From Trichoplax adhaerens (taxonomy: Eukaryota > Animalia > Placozoa): a stretch of 64,000 nucleotides of DNA. Each line of letters opens with the position of its first letter. The first letter of the stretch is position 1. Location: NCBI RefSeq assembly GCF_000150275.1, contig NW_002060945.1:135872-199871 (forward strand), given 5' to 3'. Of the stretch, positions 40,829-54,716 are shown piece after piece. The position numbers and the translations under genes were made by a program. The notes under the pieces were generated by a model that had not been told where the DNA came from, made no database searches, and worked only from the letters and a program-made list of their open reading frames with translations.

Positions 40829-43800
40829 TTAAGATTTTTTTCCTTTTTCTATATCTTCAATCAAATTTAATATCTTTTGCTTTTGCTTCTTGTTGAGGTG
40901 AGATCCAACTCCGTGTAGAACCAAGTTTGAAAGGTGCTTAGATGAGTATTCCTGAATAATATAACCGAAAACCACAAAATTACAATAAAAATATGCTATC
41001 GTACGAATAAGCCTTACTGTGAACGAAAGTTAAAATGAGAAATGGAAAGAAGCAAATTCTTTTTATTAATATAACAAACTTTATGAGAGCGAATCCATTT
41101 TTCAATTTCAGATTCAGTTAAATAATAGGCTTTGACGTAATTTTCTACGTATTCTTTTTCTGGTATTGGCCTATAAAAATGTTAATATCCGATATAGCTC
41201 ATTGAATTTAAAGCATTATACTACCTATAGCTCACTTTGTTAATGCAGTAAAATAATATTACTTCAGCTAAAGTTTTCTAATATACTTCATTACGATATG
41301 TCTCAAGTTAATTGTAAAAACGTTCTACCTCACGGTTGTCATTTTCTCGAGCTGCAACAAGTATTGCTGAAAATCTAATTGCATTAAGGCTCTGCCTTCA
41401 TTGCTGCATTTCTTTACATTACTGAAGCTAGAATAAAGGAAATTATCAGAATAAAGATATTCAATCACTATATCGCCAATTTTACTACAATTGATAATTT
41501 ACAGAGTCTTGTTAGCTTACCCATCAACAAATGTCTTATTAGCTAACTTTATGCAACGATCCCATAATATATTATATACTTCAATCGGCAATAACACTCT
41601 CCTGAAGTTACAAATATAAATTATTATTAACGTCTGAACCTTGTCGACCCACAAACCAAATACTGCTTATTAGAACTTAACTAACCGCGCCAAACTTTTA
41701 AAGTATGTATCGAACCGCCAGAATTCCTATATAAAGAGAACAAATCATGAAGTCAAATTCTACAGATATTTATTTATAAACATCCTTTTCAATACCTGTA
41801 TTAATAAGTCGACGTAACTGCTGTGTTGTGACATAATTTCCTTAACGTCCCATTTAACATTATTCATAGCTAGACGAATCTGTAAATGAAAATGTATTAC
41901 TAGAACCTAGACTGCAGCAAACAATTAGCGTTCTAAATTCATATATACCCCATCGTATTTAATCGATTTTGCTGAGATTGTTTGATATATTGGTAAACGA
42001 ATCTCCCGTACGATTCCGATTGTCTGAGTCAATAAAAATGTTTAAATGCCTTATGAATACTAAAAAGCAAGAAATTTTGTTTTGGTAATTTAAGCTAGGC
42101 TCACCTGAGAATAAAACTGGGACAAAAAAGGGCGTTTTGAAGAAGGAATCATTGTTTCAAGGTGAAGACGAAGAAGTTCAAGTTTATCAGCTAAAAAAAT
42201 CCTGTTACAGAAACAATGAATAACTAGCTCAGTACTTGATCATAATAATCATATTTCACCGAGTAAAAAATTACTTACACAGACTCAGTGGCAATGATTC
42301 TACATGCTAATCCTCGTTGAGTTCCAGCATCAAATAGGGTAGCATCTAATGACATCCGTGGAAACTGAACCTAAATGTATTAATTTTAACGTTAACAAGA
42401 ACAGTCAATTCTTTGTATACTTTTAATAATGCGAATGTTATTATCACAAGCTGCTAATTTTTAGCTAACCTTAATATCATCGACACTGACACTAACAGAT
42501 TCCTAAAAAAGAAATCACATAATGCTTGAATATCATCTCTTATAGCGACGTATTGAGAAAAGATAAAATGGCATAACCGTACTTTTCTGTACTGTACTTA
42601 CACTAGCATGCGAAGATTGGATCATGTTATCCTTTATCCTCTTTAAAGTTGCAGCAAGTTTACTGCTTAGTTGATGATTGTTACTAATCTGTAGAGAACG
42701 AATTAAATTAATAGGATTAAATATCAGCATGAAATAATAGAAGCAACTCATTGATTAAGCGTACCGTTTCATTAGAAAAGAAGGAAAATACCTACAAATT
42801 TATATACAGAGGGAGAGATGATTTTTTAGGTATACATAAAATTAGAATAATGACAGAATGGAATTTATTAACGTGGTATTATAGCTGCTTACCGTAAATA
42901 AATAGTAATCAAAAAGCTGAGTCATGCTAATGAGAACATCGAAAGCAATTGGTGATAGCGCATGCATAATGTGCATATATCGCCCTGTGAAGAAACATAA
43001 TAATAGCTCTAATAACGTCTTAAAGTTTATATAGCTATAAGAGAACAAACTTTTCGTACCAAAAAACCGAATGGTAGTTAAAGTTGTATTGGCAACAACC
43101 GAAGAATTTTGTGAAAATTTTACATCGTTGGTCTCCCCAGCCTTGTAGTTCCTATTAAACGAAGAAAAATGAAGCTATGATTATTATGATACCAAATTAA
43201 ACTCAATGAAATATTTACTATAAACGTATATAGCAATACCTAGATGGCGTTTCACCGGTTTGCTCGTCGATAAAATCTTGTTTAAGTTCGTCTGTAATAT
43301 TATAAACCGAAAAAAAGAATTAAATAACGCAACTACAAGCACTTAGCAAATTTGATTTACTTACCAGGAATGTCATCTTCATCATTATCATTATAGATCG
43401 TTTTACCTTCTTCATCTACCTCAGGTTCATCATTTGATGGCTATAAATAAATTTATTATGATATTCATTACCAATAATGCAGAATTGAAAAAGAGTACGA
43501 TTTAAGTTTATAGGCCATATTTTAATTAAGGTAAAATGGTTCGCCATTTCATTACTGAAAATCAGCTATAACTACGAAAAACATACCACCAGCATAATAA
43601 AACACACGTATATGGGTATTGGGGTAAATACTACAATTTATTGTTAATCAAGACTACCTCGAGCCATAATCTGCATAGCAGGAAATAACACAATATTACC
43701 TTATCCGTGGAAACGACGTCATCTGGGCTATTATCTTCAATGATACAATCAAAAGGGCTCTCTAAAACGTTATATTTCTCAAAAATTCCTAAATGATGAT

Positions 43801-46800
43801 AAATAAATCTTAAATTGATAGTCCAAGTAAAATACCATTAACCTCACATCTCATACCATTCGTGTCAGATTTCGATTTGTTCGCGTCTTGAACAGCAGTT
43901 CTTAAAAATCTAAACTCCTGCATTATTAATTATGATCGTATTTAATTAATATATATTAAATATTAGAACTTTATCACTTTGAGATATTATAATAATAATT
44001 ACTTGAAGGTTGAATATATTAAATCCAAGCTCTAAAGGGCACACTTCCCATGCTTCATTCTCTAGGTACATTCTTAACTCGTCTAAACGAGCTCTAAAGC
44101 GCATTTAAAATTTTTAAATGTTAGGTAAGAATCTACTTATTTTTATATCAGTAGTTTTCATTATGTTAGATGGTGAACGCATAACAACCAGAAAAGATAA
44201 ATTAGATTTTATTAGCGTGTATTAAGTACATATAATTACCGGTGATGCGATTTGAAATAATTAATACTCTGAGTACGAATTGTTTCTTGTAAGGTTTTCG
44301 ATTTACTTCCGCAAAATTCTTCACCCACTAACATTAACCTTTTAATTATTTTGAAAAATTAAATTAAAAAATTGAAGTAATTACCAAATTAAAGCAACTG
44401 CAAAAACTAGCTTTGTTGAAGTCTTCTACAATTAGTAAGTTCTACAAAAGTCCGATGAAAGATATAATAATCATACTAAATTATCACCTATTAGTAAGAT
44501 CGAGAATGAATAACAGATCTTCAAATTTACTAAATGAGGAAAAGTCTGTGCCAAACAGTAGGAGTTTAACTTTCATTTGAACATCCTGAAATACGTATGA
44601 TAAAAAAATGCATTAACAAATTAGTATTTAAACACATGTAATTGGTTCACATCAAGTGGATAATATGTAAATAAAATGTGGTCTACTTGAGTAAATGCAC
44701 GCAATACTGAATAGTTGTTGAGCAATAACCTACTTGCCACACTCGGGTAAAACCAGTCTCTAGCTTCTTTAAAACATACTTCTTGTTGTAATCGTTTTCA
44801 ATATCAGCTATACTAGGGTAAGAGTCTAATTTCGGTACATTTTTTTCTTCGTCTTTATGCCATTTCATGACGTAATAATAACTATGCATTATGTACCACA
44901 TTTCCTATAAAAGTATAAAGCGCTACTGTTAGAGATATCTCTCTAACGCCTTGAGGAGACGGCATCGAAGTTATCTTTATGCAACTTAAGAAGTTCGTAA
45001 AATTAAACTGATACCGTTACACGTACTTTTGATAAATGAATCAAACATTCGATGAATCGCGAAATCGGAACTTTCTGTTAAAATTTATTAGAGCATTGAT
45101 TAATAAACAATTTCAAAAGTAGAAATTATAGTCACCAAGGACATACTTTACACAAATCCTGATAGGAAAATTTTTGAGCTTCCTCTTTTATCAGCGCTTC
45201 TCCTTTTTCCTACAATTTCAGATAAATGATTAATTAATTGATAAATATATTATTATTAGCCAAAAATGGGTCGTAACGTAATCTGAACTTAAGCTATAAG
45301 TACTTACCTCTACATGTCCGGTAACTACACTAAATGCAGTATTGTGAATAGCACTTGTATAATGCATATGTAATTGATCCATTGCAGCCTAATATTAAAG
45401 ACATTGTAACTGTATCATATCCAATCATATGTATATTTATTTATCATGATATGCAATCAGAATAGGCTATACCCGATTCTTTCCAAGTAAACTGTAGGCG
45501 TTTTGAATAGTTGTGTATGTTTCTGAGTCAAATTTTGAACAAATCTTTGACAAGGCAACATCTAACTTTTCCTAACATAAAAGATGCAATATGCTCTCAT
45601 TACGTTATTTAATGAGGATCATATATTGTGTAATTTTTAGGTTTTAAAATTAGCATACTTCGATTATATCCTGCGTATCTCCAAGATTATGACTTAGTTC
45701 ACTAAACAGATAGACAAATAAATTAATAAGCATAAGGTAGCGAAAATTTTTAAACCAAATAGGTAAGATTCTTACAACAGAACTTCTATTAGAATATTAA
45801 CATTGGCAACTCAAAAGAAATTCTAGAAAAGATATGTTCCAATTATAATACCTAATGCATGAGAAATAATGATAAGTACTTGCTGCCTGTTGACACTCCC
45901 TACAGAGTTGAATAGCTCCACAAAAATCTCCATTCTAATCAACAAATTTTGTTATAAAAACTTTTAATAAATGATTTATTTATATGTTGATCGTCAAGTT
46001 ATCAAGGTGTAGCGGCAAGTGATAATTTTAAAACTTACCTCTAATAGCTCTCGTAGATGAATATCCGTTTTTTGCTATTATGAATAAATAAAAATAATAT
46101 GAAATTGTAAGTCCAATGTCGTTCCTTGTGTAATGGTATAAAATTAAAACCTTGAACCTACCAATGTTTTGATAGTATGAAAATTTTGCAATAGATAAGA
46201 CAAGAGCTGTTTTTTTCGATGTTTTCCAAGAACTCCTAGACCTGCTCCACTAAATTTTTCTCTCGAAAGAGTTAATTTTCTTTAAATAATACAAACAGAG
46301 ATACTTTAGATAGTGGATAATCTCTATACTACGTTTTCCAACTTATACTAGTTATTACTTTCTTCCACTGGCACACAAAACATTGGCTCTTTCCAGATCT
46401 TCCTGAAGATCCATTACCCTTTGCAGTTCCTAATTTGAATATTGCAATAGAGAAAGTTTAAAAATATTACATAGCGACATAATTAATTAACCTAGTGTGC
46501 TATCAATCAAATATGCGATAATTTATAATACTAAAATTCGGATTAACAGATAAGGTGTATCCCAAACGTCAAGTTATTTGAAGTAAACTTTCGCATAAGT
46601 CGATAGTTTGATAAGTTGTTACATTAGCAGATGACTCTCCTATAACGAATGAAATTTTGGCTTACCCCCATGTAAGCGGTATGATTTTCTAGAACCAACT
46701 CAGACAGTTTCTTTGTAACCTAGATAAAGTATCAAAAGTTATGATTTACAAAAGCATTCGAAAATTTCATAGGCTCGACATTAATTTTCAATCCATGTAT

Positions 46801-49511
46801 AATTTATTAATTGAGTATAACGATTGAATAAGATGTAGATTTATAAGTAAATGTTAATCTTTCGATAATATTCATCATATGAAACATCTTAGCCAATAAA
46901 TCGGTCTATATTAACTAGCTAAGCTCATAACTATCGACAACCAATTTTACCCTAAGCACTTACAGATTTTAATTTCTTCTGAAGTTCAGTCCTTTGGCTT
47001 TCTATTATTTTTAGGCTTAATTCATGAGGCAATTTCTGCAAATTTTATGATTAAGAAAACATCAGTACTCTATTCTTACATCAATATAAATGGATAATAT
47101 GTATGGTTTACGCGTGTATCCAATATCAAAAAACACAACTACTAAGGGTGTAATACTATCATTATACTAGAACTTGCCTTTAATTCATGTGAACACGAAT
47201 CAAAATTGGAGATTAAGAAATATTGCTGGTCTATTTCACGAATAACCTATCAAAACGCAATAATTCCAAACAACGTTGACATGTTGATCTTACTAATATA
47301 GTCAAATTTATTTAATGAGAGTAATCTTATTATGATAACTTAAGACACACGTCCGTGTTATTATCTAGCGATCTAAGCAAGGATAGCTAGAGCTCATTTT
47401 GTAGCTATAATACCTCGTCATGATCAACTTCATCTTCAATTGCTGAATCATCCTACAGTTAAAGAAACGGATTAGCATCTATTCCAAATAGAATAAATGT
47501 AGCAAGTAATTTCCCTTAATGATTCGAAATATCATCTGATTAATGACATCAAGACAAGAAGGATAACGCTAATAAAAGTATAATTAGTCTATAGTATTTG
47601 TTATTAAGTTCATTTCTACTATCGTCAATTTACAGTAAGAACCAGCTGACAGAAGATAACCATCTCTAATGACTGTTTAAGAATAAATTTTAATCTGATC
47701 TAAAGTCGATGACAAAAGAAAGAATTAACTATTCAAAATAAATGAGGATTCAAATTTAATATAACAAAATATGCCGAGATGTTGTATCTACAGTACATTA
47801 AAACTATACTTGATGATTATTAATTATTATCAATGGACTGCAAGCCATGATGATCATTTTCATTTTTAATACTCTTTATGTTATCTATAAATCTTTCAAT
47901 TACTGGATTACTAGCAATTGGACAGTTTTCTGTCACTTTAATTCTAAAAACGAGAAAGTGACATCGTTGGTATTTATCTTGATTTACTCCACTTGTCGGC
48001 GTATCAAACTATGATATCGTGTTCAATTCATTTTATAATGAGCTAGAGTGTAAATGCTCTGCATCACTGTACTATAAAAATAACCCAATAGATCGAAATG
48101 AAGGTACGTATATTCAATTGTTATTCGTCGAGCGTGAAAAAATATTTGCATCATTTATAGGAACACCAATCCTTTCATTTTACGAAACGGAAATATCTTG
48201 AGTCAATGGATTGGATAGATTTAAGGCAATTCAACAGGAGAGGGCGACAGTGATCTAAGTAAATTATGATCACTTATGATTACCCCATATGCCATTGATT
48301 TGAAGGGCTGATATTTTATTCCCTTTGTCTGTATTGTACTGGCTGAATAATTTATGGCATTGGATAGGCGGATGTAATAGACGAACGTTCTAGCATGGAT
48401 TGGATAATTTCACCATAGCCAATGGCGCAATAACGGCATAGAAATAGAATTACAGTCTAGTCATAACTATTTATCTCTTTCTCTGTCTGTCTATTTTAGT
48501 TTGTTACATAATCATATTGATCGAGTTTACTGATTTTTATACGGTGATAGCTGTATACGCATACACTATTTACCAGTTTTAACATTTGCTAGTGTACGCT
48601 TATTATATATCATTATTGGTTTAAAGATCAACAAGAAAGTGACCTAGAAGATTAAAATGCAATGAAGATTACATGTAATTGGACAAACCTTAGTCACGCT
48701 AAAGGTTGGCGTTTGGCTGATTTCATTTTCACCTGTAGCTGATTGACCGCGGTCTTTATTCTGCTATCCATGAATAATGATAAAAAAGCAACAAATTTAT
48801 AAGGGATTCCGTGATTGACCATTTACCATACAGTCGCTGACTAAATAAATAAAATACGGACAAAGAAAGTGTGCTATGATCTCGGACTATATGCTAGTCA
48901 CGGTTAACCAATTACTATGATATCATGTCGATAACAATCATGCTAGTAAAATGGGCTACTTCTATTCGATTGAATTCTCTATCGAGTGGCGAAACGACGC
49001 ATGCAAGCATCCATCGTAGCAGAATTAGACATGCTATTGCAAGGAAAACTTTCAATAACATTGACTCCGTTGCCTATTGTAGCATTGTACTGTACATGCC
49101 TTTTCTATTAGCAACTATACGAAAGTAAACCATTCTAATGCAAGACAATTTCATCTTGATATCCAGTATCGTCCAATCTAGAATAGCGGATAGTCCAAAA
49201 TTATAAATTCAATGCTACCTAGACCATCATCATGGATGGTTTGATCCTATCTCCTATCTACTCGTTTGTACACTCTACTCTCTCGACACCATCGTGTCGA
49301 ATGCTTGAATGGAAATGATAGAAAGTGCCATCTTCAACTATACATAAAGCAAGCGATTGGCTCAATTGTTGTGGCTCTCACTCGTTTATTTTCCACCGTG
49401 AAGGGAAATCATAGTAAGAAATCTATCAATTGATTCTTTAGCATGTATTTGAAAGATAGAAGAACTTACATCACGATGTAATAAATGGCGAACTCTATCT
49501 TTCAATGGCAT
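40829..49511 (-). CDS. VPS50: Syndetin / EARP subunit VPS50 (CCDC132), many short exons
   Basis: Phase-consistent N-terminus [14 protein letters not shown]|[10 protein letters not shown]|[14 protein letters not shown]|[13 protein letters not shown]|[10 protein letters not shown]. Also [45 protein letters not shown] and C-terminal [11 protein letters not shown]...[15 protein letters not shown]. Confidence 0.95.
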
Positions 49512-49736
49512 TCTGCAATCAATTATCGACCATCAGTCCATCACAGACACCAGAAGGCATGCGACTACCAGCCCTTCATCAAGGACGTGCTGGACATAGG
49601 TACTACTAGACTAGACCTTGTATGGTGTGGATAATGAGTAGCGTACAGTATGGAACCGCAGTATGTTATGATACTGTATATTGTACAATCATCTCTGCTC
49701 TCTATTACACTAGTACGCATCCTCTGTATGGCTGAA

Positions 49737-50749
49737 GTATCGTCAACGTACAGTACTCATACTGTAGATAACTATCATGTACTGTACTGTACACTGTAAG
49801 TGTGGCATCGTAGTGTTGTACAGTCCAGCACAGTACATCCAGCTACCATAGTGAAAGCAGTACTGTAATGTAGTGAAAGAGACGTATTTTTCTGTCGCTT
49901 CTTCTCCACTACAGTACAGTACTGTAGACTGTACGCACCTGCTGAGCATGCGTAAAGCTTGATCAAGATGGTGCGGATTTTGCGATTAACATGCAGACTT
50001 TGTACTAATACTTTACAGTACTACAGTAATTATACTATCGTATCGTCAACGTACAGTACAGTACAGTACTCGTACCGTAGATAACTATCATATACTGTAC
50101 ACTGTAAGTATGGCATCGTAGTGTTGTACAGTCCAGCACAGTACATCCAGCTACCATAGTGAGAGCAGTACTGTACTGTAGTGAAAGAGACGTATTTTTC
50201 TGTCGCTTCTTCTCCACTACAGTACTGTACTGTACAGTACTGTACTAGTGCTGGATGACTTAAGGTACAATACTGTAGACTGTACGCGCCTACTGAGCAT
50301 GCGTAAAGGGTGATCAAGATGGTGCGGATTTTGCGATTAACATGCAGACTTTGTACTAATACTTTACAGTACTACAGTAATTATACTATCGTATCGTCAA
50401 CGTACAGTACAGTACAGTACAGTACAGTACAGTACAGTACAGTACTCGTACCGTAGATAACTATCATATACTGTACACTGTAAGTATGGCATCGTAGTGT
50501 TGTACAGTCCAGCACAGTACATCCAGCTACCATAGTGAGAGCAGTACTGTACTGTAGTGAAAGAGACGTATTTTTCTGTCGCTTCTTCTCCACTACAGTA
50601 CTGTACTGTACAGTACTGTACTAGTGCTGGATGACTTAAGGTACAATACTGTAGACTGTACGCGCCTACTGAGCATGCGTAAAGGGTGATCAATATGGTG
50701 CGGATTTTGCGATTAACATGCAGACTTTGTACTAATACTGTACTACAGT
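49737..50749. repeat. Three-copy tandem repeat (units start at 49737, 50040, 50391)
   Basis: Near-identical units containing tggcatcgtagtgttgtacagtccagcac..., gagacgtattttttctgtcgcttcttctccact and gatcaa(g/t)atggtgcggattttgcgattaacatgcagac. Copies 2 and 3 differ mainly in CAGTA count. Confidence 0.97.
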
Positions 50750-50822
50750 TATCCTATACTGTACCCTACATCTACACTACTGTACGGCACAGTAAATGCA
50801 TCGGAGTCAAATACAACGCCCA

Positions 50823-50844
50823 ACTCCAATCAATTGATTGGAGT
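50823..50844. promoter_or_regulatory. Perfect 22-bp palindrome made of two inverted CCAAT boxes
   Basis: ACTCCAATCAA-TTGATTGGAGT between divergent VPS50 and ANKZF1. Confidence 0.55.
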
Positions 50845-51244
50845 CAACAGCAATCACTTCCATGATTTCATGACGTAATGATTTCAAAGTTTCTCCATCT
50901 TGTAAGCAGTTGCTGACACAGCATTAAAACTCAAATTAAACTTACTCATCGCTAGAACGTGTAGCTAACATATACGAGTAGATAGATTGACGTACAATTT
51001 CCTAGCAAAATTTTATTCAAAATTCATTATCGTCTATATAGGAGGTAAGAAATCAAACGTCAAATCATCATTTCGTTACCATCTCCGTCTCTAGATAGGA
51101 TGCGTAATTCGTACTTGATTGATAGACAGTATTTAACCATACTAGTTTTACAGTAATAAAATACATGTTCAAGTTAAAACTATCCATCTGATATCTTTAT
51201 CGACTCTACTGTATTGCTATGCTAAACATCAACAGTTCAAAGAG

Positions 51245-53469
51245 ATGGAAAAAAAATTGGCGAGGATAGTTAGTCTATTCGATAGCAAAACTGAAGAACT
51301 CCTGGTAGGCCTAAATTTGGATAACGAAAACCTTAAATCGGCCGAAAGTAATAACAATCGTAAGTAAAGGATACTAAAACATTAGCTTTATAATCATAAT
51401 TATAATGTGCAGTTGTGTACTCTATTCTCTATATCGCCCTCGCTATTAAGAAATCAGATACTAGGTATGCTCATGGACCACTAGAAGGATACCAATATAT
51501 TTCTAATGGTCCATTGTATGCCATACACAGTATATACAGTACACTACTGTAATGTAAATAATTTTAACTTTAAAAATCTTATCTATATTACAATCAACAC
51601 AAGATAATATCTACTAACGGATTCATATGTATGCGTACAGTATATTGTAGATTATACCCAATTGTCAATCTACGAATATTGCTAGTCGTAATAAATGCTT
51701 CATCATCGTATTTTTATTGCTTTTTCGGATATAGAAGATGAGGAAATAAGGTTACCAGCACATGACCTATGGTCAAGAAATCATCCATTCGTACAAGGAT
51801 TAACGTGTCGCCAATGTGGAGCAGCTTTCGACAGTGTTTTTGATCAGGTGCATACGATTTGCGGTTATATATTACTTCACGTATAGAATTGTTAGCAAAT
51901 TGAACTACGTATGCATTACATCAGCTACCATTGCTATCATGATAACACGCGATTACAGGTATCATTTTATGAGTCATAAAGTTCTTATATTGGTCGAATT
52001 GTAGTCGAGCACTATAATAAAGCATTCTAAAGTATTATCAAAAACTGTCATCATTGCATTTACTAACTAATATCATTCAATTGCAGCGGCAACACTTTAA
52101 ATCAGACTGGCACGTCGAAAATCTTAAACGAAAACTAGCTAATCTTACCATTCTAACAGAAAATGAACATGACGAATCAATAAGTAATGAATATAATAAA
52201 TAATAAACATATTCCTAAGTCATGTCAGTACTGGGCAATTTTATAATGTATTCTAAAATTAATATCCCAATCCTACTTAAATTGGACAAGAACAAGATTC
52301 AGCTATCGATAGTGATGCGAATGAGGAAGATGAAGATAATGAAGGAAATATTGTCGATGACTCTATCTTGGAAAAAAGAGATGGTTCTCCTTATCTCTGG
52401 TTTCGGAACTCCAATGGAAATTTAATATCAATACATCGAGTACTATTATCTGCAAGAAAGGTGACGTCTTTTATGAGTTTAATCTCTGCCATTTAATACC
52501 TTCAAAGTAAATTCCGGTGTCATTATGTTTGGTTACAGGAAACGACGACAAGTGAATTAATATCAAACAGATTTCATCAGCTACTGAGCCGAAAAAATCA
52601 TCAACTTGTTAGCATTTTAATGATAGATAGTTGCCGATTTGCAGGGGCTGTATTTCAAGGGTAACAACGCTGAGATTTTTCGTTACATTGTTTATAACCA
52701 TCATAAATATAAATCAGTGAATCAGTGCGTTTATTACACCTATTACTAAATATTAGGGAAAAAGTTTTGGTACATAAAAGATTGCGCTATTATACCGTCA
52801 GAGCTCAGAGTGGTACCAGACAATCCGCTCACGATAGTAAATGCAACCGTTTGAAAAGGTTTCAGTCTACTCCTCATTATCTAAAAATCGCCTACAAAGT
52901 ATGAAACTATACACTATCCTGCTTCAACATTTTGTCTTATTCTATTAATTGTATAGATCTGTAGGAGCTAACATTAGAAGAGCAAATGAAGCGTCACTCA
53001 TAAATGTATGTATGATCATATCCATTTAGTAATAAAATTACTTGAGGCATATAGTAAATGTGATGCAACGTAGAATGAAATCAAAGGATAATCATAGAAA
53101 TCTCATACAACAGAACACTCAAAACCTATTAATTTCTTGGAGCGATCAAATCACCCGCAGTAATCTTATCTTTATTCGATGTCCGCCAACGCAGAAATTT
53201 GTTATATTTGGTGGTAAAGAACCAATTTTGAATAAAGGTTCGTATGCCTATTTGGTACAGGACGTATGTATATTGTTGTAATTACGTATTCATCAGATTT
53301 TAATACTTTATTAAAGATATCAGATTAGTCTTCTTATCAAAACTTAGTTAATGTTGTTTTAATAACAGATGATGAGAGGATTAGATATATTCCGCTTACA
53401 ACAAGGGCACCTTCTTCCAAGGAAGTGAAAAGAATTTATTCTACGCTTTTTTCCATCCGAGTGGAATAA
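51245..53469 (+). CDS. ANKZF1: ANKZF1/Vms1-family protein (C2H2 zinc finger plus VLRF1 domain), roughly 330 aa, no ankyrin/VIM C-terminus seen
   Basis: VSLFD...LVGLNL, CRQC...DQ|RQHFKSDWHVENLKRKL, FAGAVFQG|EKVLVHKRLRYYTVRAQSGTRQSAHD, SVGANIRRANE, SNLIFIRCP, DERIRYIPLTTRAPSSKEVKRIYSTLFSIRVE* (stop 53467-53469). Confidence 0.9.
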
Positions 53470-54444
53470 AATCTCGAAGCGGTTGCAATTTATTCAATTT
53501 TGATACTGTCATTTGTCAATCTAAATATGAATACTTACATTTTAAAATTTATAGCAATTTTGTTCTCATAATCTGCTTTTTGCGGAGCTATATAAAATAT
53601 TATCTTATTAGTGTGTTACCAATATTAATTTACTTGCCGTATCGTATGGGTTACTACAGTTATTGTAGTACAATGAATGTGCCCAAATTCCAATCCCATA
53701 CAACCGTACGTGAATATAGAGCTACCAGCTCCTCTTAATTATATGCAGTAATTATCATACACGAATCTGCTACTTCTGTACAGGATACCGCTGGATTATA
53801 ATCGCGGTTGCATCGTTAATATAATTTCATCTTATTCTGCTATATGATGTAAATAGAATAGATATGACCATTTTATTAACTAATCATCATAAATAAGAAT
53901 ATACATACGGTAATTGTAGGCATCGGTTAGATGCACTGCGACAAGATATGTCATCTACAGCTTATCGATGATTATCCTTATTACACCAGAACTATTTCCT
54001 CGATATGAAATTTTTATATATATTATCGTTACAAACAGTATTTAAACATCGGAGTATGCTACAGTATAAGCAACGTATGAGTACATTTTATTATATTTTC
54101 AAATAGTTATTTTCGCTAATGTAAAATTTAAGATAATGATTTTTATAAACGTACGGTATATACGAGCATATACCTTGTACTGTACTTAAGTGTCTATAAA
54201 TCTACATCTCTAATGTTGAGTAATTCATTAGTATTTTCGAAATAAAGATGGGAGGATTGACTGTTCGGCGAAAGCACGGCACTGTATGCGATCGTATGGG
54301 TAACAGAGGTTTAAGTATTCTTGGAAATTCTTATATTTAGAATTTCCTAGATCATATCCTATTATTTATTCCTTCATATAAAGTGAGAACACAGAACCAC
54401 TATTATTATTCTATATTATTCGTTAGCTAATCATGGATTATCAT

Positions 54445-54675
54445 ATTGTACTGTACGACTCGTCCAGTTGTATCAGTCTGTATACTGTACTGTACTGTAC
54501 ACTATCGTACTGTGTTGTACTGTACTGTACAGTTCACAGTACAAAAATTTACGCAGTGTACTGTACTGTACTGATTCATACAGTACGTATGATACTGTAC
54601 AGTGTACAGTATCGTATGATCTTTCCAGAACGAGTGTACTGTACTGTACGATGTGTTTTATATAAAAATCGGTAC
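54445..54675. repeat. Degenerate (TACTG)n array immediately upstream of CFAP221
   Basis: Multiple gtactgtactgtac runs ending about 40 bp before the ATG. Confidence 0.85.
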
Positions 54676-54682
54676 TGACGTG

Positions 54683-54696
54683 GTAACCATGGAAAT
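54683..54696. promoter_or_regulatory. RFX X-box-like element
   Basis: GTAACCATGGAAAT versus consensus GTNRCCATGGNAAC, 20 bp upstream of the ATG of a motile-cilium gene, next to TGACGTG. Confidence 0.55.
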
Positions 54697-54716
54697 CATG
54701 TAATTTAAGAACCAAG

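Noticed and set aside
49743-50693. Repeated ORFs rich in YSTV/VLYC/QYCT here and at about 10279, 21464, 54433 and 58031
   Set aside because: These are translations of the CAGTA/TACTG pentamer, which lacks stops in most frames. No protein homology is evident.
49737-50749. Possible CRISPR-like or LTR-like structure
   Set aside because: Units are 300-360 bp head-to-tail copies with no unique spacers, no cas or retroelement ORFs, and the context is eukaryotic.
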